64,000 nt of DNA. Origin: Phoronis australis (taxonomy: Eukaryota > Animalia > Phoronida). The stretch lies in contig NMRA01000317.1 in assembly GCA_002633005.1 (NCBI GenBank), positions 62,001-126,000 on the forward strand, in the 5' to 3' direction. The notes beneath the pieces were generated by a model. The model was given only the letters and a program-made list of their open reading frames with translations, had not been told where the DNA came from and ran no database searches. Shown here piece by piece: positions 1-10,600 of this stretch. The position numbers and the translations under genes are program-made. How positions within the stretch are numbered: position 1 is the first letter of the stretch; every line of letters starts with the position of its first letter.

Positions 1-143
1 TTGCAAGTCAAAAGTATTCTGACGAAATGACTGGGAACTCCCTTTGTGATACTTGGGTGGGAGCCATATTCATTATCAAAGTACTTCTTTCCTGACCGAA
101 AATGAAGGAAAATTAACAAGAAAGTTATCAAGGTGGCTAAGCG

Positions 144-1020
144 TTTTTATGCGCCCACATATTTATATGTGGACGCATTATGCCGTCAACTGCGTCTGGG
201 CGGAGTCTGTCCAGCGTCCGTTTGGCGTCCGCTGCTCTGTCTCCAAAACCGTTTGACGTACGTTCATGAAATTTTGCTGATGTGTACCTTTTGTTGATGG
301 AACGGCATGAACCAACGTTCGGATGGATCCGACTACTGGTATGCCCCCTAGTGGCAATTTTAGTTTTTTACGTTTACCTCTATCTCTAAAGATCTTCAAC
401 GTATTTTTTTAAAATTTGGTATATAGGCATCTATTAATAAGATGACGGTATCCTCCCGTTTTCAAATGGATTCAACGTAGTTTGCACCACCTAGTGGCCA
501 TTTTTGCTTTTTTTTTGGCGTATACCTCTCTACAAACCAAATCATTCTAAGGATGGTTTTGAAAATTGGCGTATATGTTCTCAGTTTGAAGAGGACGGTT
601 GATGATGACAACTTTGACTACTCTGGCGCTTCCTAGTGGTAGTTTTGTTTCGTTTTGCGCCCATTGCTGCCTCTCCTAAACCCACTACAGGATCTTTATT
701 AAATTTTGTAAGTTCATTTATATGAAGCTAACAGCAGATAATGACGACTTTCAGGCGCATCCAATGAACACTGTGCCCCCTAGTGGCAATTTCATTTCAT
801 TCTGTTTTCCTTTGTTTCTCTGAAGTTCCATGACTGATTTCTATGAAATTTGGTGTTTAGCTTTCTATTAAAGAAGCAATGACATGTTCCCGTTTTCGGA
901 CGGATTATATGTTTTTGTACCATGTAGTGACCATTTTTATGACACAAATAAGCAACCCTAAAAGCACACCATTTGCGATGCATTTGTGGGCGCATTTCAG
1001 CACTCTGCGTTGCTCTTGTT
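144..1020 (+). mobile_element. HINE/DINE-1-type non-autonomous Helentron, copy 1
   Basis: T-run start; 5' subTIR ATGCGCCCAC within the hairpin atgcgcccacata-ttta-tatgtggacgcat; GTCY-like microsatellite; internal ~145-bp tandem monomers; 3' subTIR GTGGGCGCAT (986-995); short stem-loop then CTCTTGTT. Confidence 0.8.
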
Positions 1021-2301
1021 GTAATTAGAATGTTGCGGCCCTCATAATTATTACCCGTTATTTTTGCTGTTAACGAAATTAAACCGTTATGACGGAGAAA
1101 ACGGTATTTTTTCCGATTCCTTTTGTTGTGTACTGTATCTTTTATAAAAAAAACAAAATAGAGTGGAATGACTGTTATTCTGTTGTCTCAGCATGACAAA
1201 CACAGTTGTTGTCCATATCTCAGGTAAACAATAATGAAATGTATTGTTGCTTTGTACTTAATAGCTCATCAATTAAGCACTTGACAACCATTAACAAGTG
1301 GAGAAAACTAAATATGAAGGGATTGCTGTTGTGATCAATGAAGGATACCGAGTGACGGGTGTCCCTCAGGTTGTCATGTCAATCAATGTTTTAGCAGTAC
1401 TCTCCACGCGTTGCTGTGGAGATGGGGGCCCCATGCGTGCTCTCATTTCTACGTCACGCTGATTCCGTCGACATTATTGATCAATTCACAACAGATACTT
1501 CTGTTCAAAAAATATGCAGTTGACAAAGTCTGTTTTATATGTTTGTTTTTGCTTGTTGAGTTGTTCTACACATTTCGGCTATGCAATTGATATGCAGTAA
1601 TTGTTTTAACTGTGGTCAGTATGCACCTGTAAAAGGTTTAGGTTAAGAGACACTGTTGATCACCAAATGTTTTGATTTATGACTTCACCACTGAAACTTA
1701 TCAATAGTCCTGTCTGTTGGTGATATTGCTTTGTTTTATGATTTCATCTCTTAGACTTGTCAATAGAACCCATTTATTAAACCTAGAATATTATAATTTT
1801 TAATTAAAGTTTCTCTAACTCCTTTGTTCCACATAAAGCTGGTTCCAATGGTTGCACAGCGAAGTTAAGAAGTTGTACAATAATACAGACACGACATTAC
1901 TTGCATGTTGATCTGATGCTACAATGGCAAGTTTGTGAAATTGTAAAATTTTGTTTATTTTAACTTTGAAATTTGAGCATCCACATGGCGGACTGGTAGG
2001 CGAATTCACGGAATGTCATGGATTTGATGACGTGTTGTTTGGCTTCTCGTAGTGGGGTCTGGTGTCCTGGCGGGTAACAGCTGGAGCTCCACCTAGTGGT
2101 TGTAAGGAAAGTTAGCCCTTACCAATATTAAGGGCACTCTATTTTCTTCTGATCTGCAATCTTCAAGTCAGCCCATGAAATACTGCAGCAAGAAATTAAT
2201 TTTAAAACTAAGAAGATACAATTTGTATATGTTTGATACATTTTTGATTTCATGTAATGAGAGGATTGAAACAATACTAAAATATAGTACGTAAGTCTGA
2301 T

Positions 2302-2843
2302 CATGACAGCGTTTTCATTTCCTGTTGCTCCCAACTTGTTCGATTCTATAGCCCAACAACAAGTTGGGAAGTTTACCCCTGTAGCCAATATCTTACATGA
2401 CTGATCAATTCCATTCTGACATTCGTAGTTGGAGGGCCAGCTCTCATTTGTTCGATAATTGCTCTAATCTTCGATAAGATCCTACCTAGCCTGACTGGGC
2501 TGTGCTGTTAAAAATAAAAGTTAAGTTATAACATATTTGAACATAAACCAATAGAATTTCTGAAATCTTCGTCAAATGGTTATCATGTTTTTGTTTTTGA
2601 ATCGCCAAAATAGCCCAACTGCAACCGAAGTTACGATAATCTATTCTTTCGGAATGTATCAATTCACTATGGTTTGGCGGGTGTTCACACGTGGTCTGTA
2701 ATAAGCCTGGTAGATAATTGGCCTGCCTGTTGTCATAACAGACAAAAGTCTTCGCTTGGCAGTTAACAAACAGGCCAGATGCTTTCACACGCTCAGAACC
2801 CCCTACGTCTGGTAAAGTCACTGAACGGGAAAACGCTGTCATG
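2302..2843 (-). mobile_element. MITE family A, copy 1 (~540 bp)
   Basis: TIR CATGACAGCGTTTTC...GAAAACGCTGTCATG; reverse-complement homolog of 16315-16850 over its full length. Confidence 0.85.
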
Positions 2844-2934
2844 TACCCGTTGCTTCAAATATTCACAGGCCACTCAACCCGGTCCCTGATTGCTCCGAAC
2901 ACCTTAATCCTTTTCTATTTATTAATATACACAA

Positions 2935-3040
2935 ATAGTACAATACCCACCAATTAAGACAGAGCTGAGGAGATAGAGTGCTTGCTGCCTGAGGGTATAG
3001 CAATGGGGTCCAGTGGGATTCAAAGCTATGGCCTTGTGTT
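2935..3040 (-). mobile_element. Possible decayed tRNA-derived SINE fragment
   Basis: gggattcaaagc resembles a reverse-complement B box, preceded by agtgcttgctgcctgagggta, similar to the common AAGTGCCTTGCCCAAGG SINE core; heavily diverged. Confidence 0.3.
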
Positions 3041-3081
3041 AATATGATGAATATTTTGAGTCATCCAGTTGAGTAAATAAT

Positions 3082-3736
3082 ATGAAACATAAATCAATTA
3101 CTTGACTTTCGGATTGAGATAGCTACGTTGTGTCCTCCTCTCGAGGACTTCAACAGGCCACTGAGATGTCACATGACTCATCATGTGGTCGACAGCACAG
3201 TTTGTGCGGGATCCTCTTTAGCGCCCTATCCTAAGTTTTTGGTAACGGGAATCTCAGGCCCCCTTGTCTGTTTAAACTGGGATTCCCCACTCTCTCATGT
3301 ATAGCCTCCTTAACCCCTCGCCTGAACCAGTTTTCTTCCCTATTTAGAATAGTGACATCCTCCATGGAGAAAGAATGGTCCGTACCAGCCATGTGGGAGA
3401 TTGTTATGATTTGGCAGTATCCTCCCACATGGTTAGTACGGACCATTCTTTCTCCATGGAGGATGTCATTATTTTAGATAGGGAAGAAAACTGGTTCAGG
3501 CGAGGGGTTAAGGGGGTTATATATGAGAGAGTGGAGAATTCCAGTTTAAACAGACAAGGGGCCTGAGATTCCTGTTACCAAAAACTTAGGATAGGGCACT
3601 AGAGAGTATTGCGCGCAAACTGTGCTATCGATCGCATGAGTCACGTGACATCTCAGTGGCCTGCCGAAGTCCTCGAGATGAGGGTACAACGTAGCTATCT
3701 CAATCCGTATGTCCAGTAATTGATTTATTTTTCATA
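3082..3736. mobile_element. Fold-back (inverted dimer) of a Penelope-like retroelement 3' fragment: GIY-YIG endonuclease C-terminus plus 3' region
   Basis: Arms ~3082-3400 and ~3421-3736 are reverse complements; both encode H...HSFSMEDV.IL.REENWFRRGVKEAI.ERV.NPSLNRQGGLR, the characteristic PLE GIY-YIG tail. Confidence 0.85.
3123..3157 (-). ncRNA. Degenerate minimal hammerhead ribozyme motif of the Penelope-like element (second copy 3661-3695, + strand)
   Basis: - strand reads CTGTTGA-A-GTCCTC-GAGAG-GAGGAC-ACAAC-GT: perfect stem II flanked by mutated CUGANGA and GAAAC boxes; probably inactive. Confidence 0.5.
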
Positions 3737-3954
3737 CTATGACCTGGTGAACAGGAGGCAAACATTCAATCCACAAGACCACACTGCCTCTGAGAAAATA
3801 CTGATATCAAATGGCTGGTTTTGCAATCAGATTGTAAACCATAACCATGCTATTCATCACAGTCCCTCTTATCTCTGTCTCATCATGTCTCTTGTATTTA
3901 ATAGCATGGGCTCTCATCATCTGTCACTGTTGGAGTGAGAACAACTTCTAAATC

Positions 3955-4669
3955 ATGAGTACCAGTGATGACCTGTCGAGGCTCTCGTATGACGCCAAGA
4001 TGGAGATTGAACTTGAAAAAGCACTAGCGCAGTCTTCTGTCAACAGCCTGGAGGCCTCGACAACAGGAAGCTACGATTTGATACCATCATCTGACCAGGT
4101 TGCTGTGACCACACTCAAGCCAAGTATAGTACCTCGGACGTCGCAACCCCATACGTATGAAAATGAAGACATTTTCAGGAAACACAAGGCAGAACTTTCA
4201 CATGGAAACACCGGTGATCAAAGCCAGGGCTCCAATGGGAATGACGATGCAAGTAAAGCTCTAAAGCTTGAAGGACGGAATGTTGACACTCCCGATGGTG
4301 GTGGTACCGAGGTACTTCCCATGAAATCTTTGGGAAATGGCGTTAAAATGGACAGAACATCACCACAAACGTATCAACAGGGTTCAAGCTCAGGTGAACA
4401 AGTTACAAGCAAAGATATGGTGCGGGACTGTAGCAACACATACGATGATACTGTCATTGGTACATCGGGTGTTAGTGTAGATGGTAGTGGCTCTGATGTA
4501 ACTGTCTCTCAGGGTGACATAATTACAGCGCCACCTGGCGATGATAGTGGGGAGTACGACGATGTAGCCAACCCGTTGTTAGCAACAGGAGTAAGTGAGG
4601 ATGGTAGAACGATTCCGGATGAAATTTTTTACGATGACGCATTTGTTCCCGAGGAGAATACCAAGGCAG
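3955..4669 (+). CDS. ARHGEF10: ARHGEF10-like coding exon 1 (acceptor at 3904; [12 protein letters not shown]...EENTKA)
   Basis: Long acidic ORF; acceptor tttaatag ends at 3904; donor CAG|gtgagc at 4670, phase 1. Confidence 0.8.
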
Positions 4670-7600
4670 GTGAGCAAACACAAATGGAACTTCTTCTCGT
4701 GAAGATTTCTCACAAAGCACGTGTTTCATGCGTATGTTGTGGTTTTGGAATATTCTTGGATTTTGTTGCACTGGCATCATCGACATCTCAGTGAAATATT
4801 CTGTGTCATTTTTGATGATTTCCAATAGTTTTGTTGTCTGGGTCATGGTATAGTAGTTCTTAACCTATTGAGCACATACGATGGCCGACAAATGAAAGTC
4901 CGTTTTGTTAGATTTCTCTGCTAGGGTAAACAGATTAAGAACATTCAATAGTCTATTTCAAGCATACTTTGCAGTGTGTAGATATCACAAAACAACATTC
5001 GCTGGAGTTCTCAATGTAAAACAGTAATCAGCCATTGAAAAACGTAAAAATGATCATTTTAGCAATTATTTTTGGGTGAAATAAGGGAAGAATTGTGATA
5101 AGTAGTTGTTTGAATCCACATTTTAGGTGCAAATACGGGAAAGCCAATTACCATAGTACTGCCTGAGCCCATCACATGCCAACAGAGGAGATTGAATAGG
5201 TCATCGTCAGAACTCGACGAACTGTATGACCAGATCGAGGATGATGGCTTGGACACAGAGCCTGCAGGTAATTGGGTTGTCAAAAATGTTTACACTTTCT
5301 CCTATGGAGCTGTCTGGGTGTTTGTATGAATATTTAGACCTGCAAACAAAATAAAGGGTACGGGAAAATCCTGTGGTTTAAGACACGAATACAGTTTATG
5401 CCATCGTCACTGTATGGATATCCAGCATACGGTACAGTATCTCCTTAACCCCTTGCAGGGTCTCAATGAGATTTGGCAGATGTGGTCCTATGATATGAAG
5501 CTGATGACTTTTTGTCTTGCGTGTGAGGCGATATCTCCTTAACCCTTACAGAATCTTTGTGAAATTTGACAAGTGTATTCCAATGAATTTGACAATTGAC
5601 AGGTGGACCCGAGACTACTGTGCCTTTGAATGGCAATTTGATGATTGTTTTTTACATTTTGTCTCTATATGTTTGGAGTTTCTTGATATGTTTTTATGAA
5701 ATGTGGCAATTGCCGTTTATTGGGGAAAGTGGGACATATTTTGCGCCATCTAGTGACCATTTCTATGGTACTTATAAACACACCTAGAACCATACCGTTT
5801 GCTCTGCAGTCATGTTCACTTTTTAATGCTCTGCATTGCTCTTATGTAAGCTTTTAGCATGCATTACATCTAATACATAATACACTAGTTGCATCGTCTG
5901 TGAAAAAGATAATTATACTCACCCATGTTCTAGACATTGCGTTGTTCAGTCTGATTCAGCTTCAAATGAAGATAAACGTTAGTTTGAGATGGCTTAACTA
6001 GTCTGATGTATCAACCCCAACATTGTAGAACTTTTTTGAAAACTGGAGATGTGCACTTAAAAAAAATCTTTGCTTGAATTGTTCCTTCTGGCAAATGGAA
6101 AATCAAAATAAGAAAAAATCGTAGAAACTAATACACCTTCCAACGTGTAGTAACTTCAATAGATTGTCATACAGTGGTCTTTGGTTTGCAATTCAAAGGG
6201 TTTCATCTGTGGCCCTGCTGTCGTTTTTCAACTGCATTGTGGGACATTTTCCGTCTTGTAAACATCCAGTGATATTTTTGAAAACTTGGAGACGTGTCAC
6301 CTGATTTTATTATTTTTTGCGTTTTAGGTGGTGAGATCTGACTTCAGTGTGATCAGATGGCACGTGCTTCAGGAATTTCTTGCATAAAAGATTGCTCAAA
6401 GTATTCCTTTGATGCAATTTTTTATTTTTGTACGGCTGGTTGTTAAGTCATACTGTCACCTAAAATGATGTTGTATTGTATGCTTGGTTTCAAATATAGT
6501 GAGCTGACGTTATATGTGTTTCTCTGCCATATTGTTCACAAGTCACTAAGTTATCTATGATGTCATCAGATGCTTACAAGCCGACAACCGCCCCGCAGTG
6601 CATTTTAGAAACTACAGCAGTGCTGGGTGAAGTACCCCAAATTAGGCACCTCAGTATTAATATATGACGTTTGCAGATGCCAAGACCGCATCATTAGCGA
6701 CCTCTGGTGGTTACGACCACCTGTGGAATCCCAAGTCACCATCAGGCAGTGGTGTCTACAACTCCGTGTCATCGTTAGAGATGACACCTGACGACGACAA
6801 AGGTAAATGCTTTCTTCATCACGATGCCATTGTTTGACCACAGCACACGGTTGCCTTTTTTTCTGCACAGTTCGAAAGTCTTTATATTGTTGGGCAAGAG
6901 TTGTCCCACTATGTGTAAACTTGTAATTTTGCCTCCTAATTATAGATGTAGACCCTTGGCGTGTGTTTGCTATGCTTGCTGTAAGTGCACTCCGTGTAGC
7001 CTATTTTTGTGAATATTGAACATTTGAACTGGAGTCAAATAATTTTCATGATTTCCAAAAGAAGGCGCCACCAATTAGTGAGGATTTCCAGAAGATTACA
7101 CGTGTACATTATGTGTTTAGACTTAGGCTTATATGGACTAAGTTTGTGGGGGGAAGTGATCTGAAACTTTCACCATTTTTGACTGAATCTGGCGGGACAA
7201 ATGCCCATCCCATCCCTGCCCTCTGTTTAATGAGCCTGCATTTCATGAATCATATATCATACATACGTACATTGGTCGGTGTCCCTAATTTTTTTAACCT
7301 TGGACATAGTTGAGAGCCATTTTGTCCATGTACTTAGTCCGTGGTGATGGTGGCACGTTTGTCTACTCAACTCCACAAGTGAGTCTTATCTCTTTATTTC
7401 CATGCTCAGCGGTGAAGGACGAACCATTGTATTTTGATTATGACGACGCTCCCCTGCATCCTGACGCATGTGAGTGCTGTTTGCTTATAATGCTGTAGCT
7501 ATTTGTTGGTGACTGGATTGATTGTGAGTTATTAACTGGTCTAGTTATTGTTTGAATTTGTGCAAGTAAGTCAACGTCCTCGGCTTATTTCATGCGTCAG

Positions 7601-10600
7601 TATTTTATTGAATGTGTCATATTGATATATGAGATTTGCCAAATCTGTCTATCTATATTTCTTATCTATTTAGTCAGAATGGTTTTGTTTGATTTATTCA
7701 TTAATAATGCTTCAAATTAACTAGCTTGATGCTAATTTCCGGTGTACATTACCTACGGTATGCTAAAAGTAACTATTGTTATTAGTATTATTTGTTGCTG
7801 AGGCTGCTGTTGTAAAATTATGGTATGTGTTTAAAAATCTATTTTCTTATTCTTATTCTTATTCTTGTAAGTTATATTATAACAAACCTTGAATCATGTA
7901 CTCAGCACTGACATCTACAGTTTTCACAATCTGAAAAAGTCTGTCAATTATTTTAGACGATTTCAATGGATCGCAGCAGTTTTTGATGTTACATTTAGTT
8001 ACAATACAGATCCCTGATCTTGGAAATATTATATTTTTTGGTAACAGTCACTTACAGTAGTCTAGGATTTTGAGAACTGGTTTTCTTCACTGAGTATTGT
8101 GTATCAAACTGATTGTCAAAATCCAGATCCCCTGTAAGTGACTGTAGTCTATTTTTCTTTGTTAACAAATGTTGCTTTGGTATGCATTTACTGCAAAACA
8201 GTAGAAGGTGACATGAACAGGCCAACTAAGACCTGCATCTTTGTTCTGCATTCACTTCTATTGAAAACTCACTTGCTTTTTAACACAGCCTGTGTCAGTC
8301 ATTCGTTTCTGTTCAGTGGAAGTGAATACAGAACCAAGATGAAGAGCCTTTTGTCTGGCCCGTTTACATCATTTCCTGTTGTGCCATGGATAGTAACTAG
8401 TGCCAAGCTGACTAATAATTATGGAAAATGTCTTTTGAAGATAATAAAGGATCGGTATTTTTAATAAAGGGTAAGATGAAAAATCAGTTGATTTCCCTTT
8501 AAGGGGAGTTGGCTAGTTGAGCAGTGGTAGAACTACCGTAGTGTACACTATGGACACCAGGGGAGCTGTGAGGCAGTGGTAGAATTACACTATAATTTCC
8601 CATTGCTATGAGAGGTAGCACTGTGAATTAATCATATAACATGTTTTCTTGTTGGTTAACAGAAATAAGTAAGATTCAGACATTCCAATTGTTTGGAATA
8701 TAACATTCAAACATTTGGATTGGTTGGTGTTGAAAAGTGCATTGGTATGATAATGCTCCGTCTGTTGAGAATTGGCTTTGTGTCTCATGTTTTTTGGCAC
8801 CCACACAAGATTACCAGGCGCCAAACTAAATAACAAAACCACTATACTTTCGCGGCTTATTCCCATACCATATATGTATGAGATACGTCCAAACCAAGAC
8901 ATGCACACTGATACCCACTCATGGAATTCTGCCTGTCATTCATCTTTATTTTACACATTCACGTTACCGTGTAGGTGGCGCTGTGACAGAGGGTATAGTA
9001 GAACTATTATCCACTCTGGGCTGTGATGCAGTGGTAGGGGTTCAGGGGTTCAGTTGCTGAAATTGTACTTACTGGTATCTTCAACTGAGTACCAGACAGT
9101 CTAGGGTAAAATATACGACTTGAACGATAAGAATTGTGTGCCTGTATTGGCTTATCATGTTTTACCTTTCCCTCAGTGAGATATTAGAGGGGTTGTTCAG
9201 TCTTACAACACCAGTAAGAGCTGAACTTCCTTCCCACATGCTATCCATCAACTATGCTAATTAGGCCTTTCAACTTGGACGTAAACATTTCCGTGGCATA
9301 ATGACATCTTTGTTTTCAACATTCAGAATATTTAGATATTATAACGATTGAATAGAAACGGTCAAATATTAGAAGGTCATTTTTTACTTGTAAATTCCCA
9401 GGATAATTGTGTTTAACACAAAAACTATTTGATTTATGGGGTAAGTGGTTTAGTTTTGGCTTTGCTCTCTGCACAGCAATACAGTAGTGACATTTCGATT
9501 TTAGTTGTAGCCTGATGATGTAGGAAGTATTGTATTTCAGTTCGTGTTGTTCAATCAAATTTCTTGTTTTCCGATTTTCCACTAGGTGACGCCGGTGAGC
9601 AGAATGGAGAGGATGAGCCTCTGTATGAACCAATTGGCAATAAAAACTTGGAGTCAGACTCGGACGAGTCGTGGGGCTCAGAAGAGTTTGAAGAGTATGA
9701 CGAGATTAGTGAAGGTGCACGCAAGGAACGTAAACCTCTGGCAGAGCACGTGTTGGTATGTTGTACGGCTCTGGGAATATGGAAAATTGTACGATTTCTA
9801 GTCTTCATGTGATAATGATTTTATAGGAAGTAGTGTGTGAAGCTGTGTGTAGTTGTTGATGCTCTTATTCAATAAACGAAGTACTTAAGGTATGGTTATG
9901 GAATTTATTAAGTGTTGTAGTGGAAGTTATGATAGAAACTAATCGGAGAAAGACAACAAGTTGGTGAATGTAAACACGGCGCTAAACACCCCCCTGCCCA
10001 AAGTACCAGTAGCGCCCTCTTTTATTCTACATTATTTACCCACAATTTTGGCATGGAAATTACTATTTTTCACAAATATTGCTTCTTCATTCTACTCTCA
10101 ATTAACTTTTACTGTCGCATAGGGTGTTACAATGGCAACACTAATTCTAAAAGCTGAGTAGGGCACTATAAATCATTCTTCATTTGAATGTCCAACTCAA
10201 CTCAAAGTGTGTTAGGGACATTACCTTTTGAAAAGTAGGCCACTCATGCTCTGCATTTTTCTACCTCTGCTAGATAGGAGAGCTGAATTTGTGATTTGGT
10301 AATTAAGTAATGCTGTGCTTATGTACTGAAATGAAATGTGCCATAGGCAACTGATTGCCTTCTGCGTCTGTTTACTTGAAATTCGTCCAATATAGCATGA
10401 AGATTCCTATTGCATCTTTGCATGTGTAGCCTCTGCTGTGACATTCCACAGTAATGTAAACTGTGAGAAATAAGACTGTTTTGCGAATCCTAAAGATGTG
10501 TCTTCTCTTGTACTCGTCAGAACACTACTTTTCTTGGTCGTCTTGGTAACACTTTTCGTGCTAGTAAGCGTGAACCGTCCCCAGAGGAAGAGGGCGTTTA

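Noticed and set aside
2486-2842. 118-aa ORF similar to ORF 16310-16585, suggesting a gene family
   Set aside because: Both lie inside copies of a TIR-bounded MITE, have no recognisable domain, and their frames diverge.
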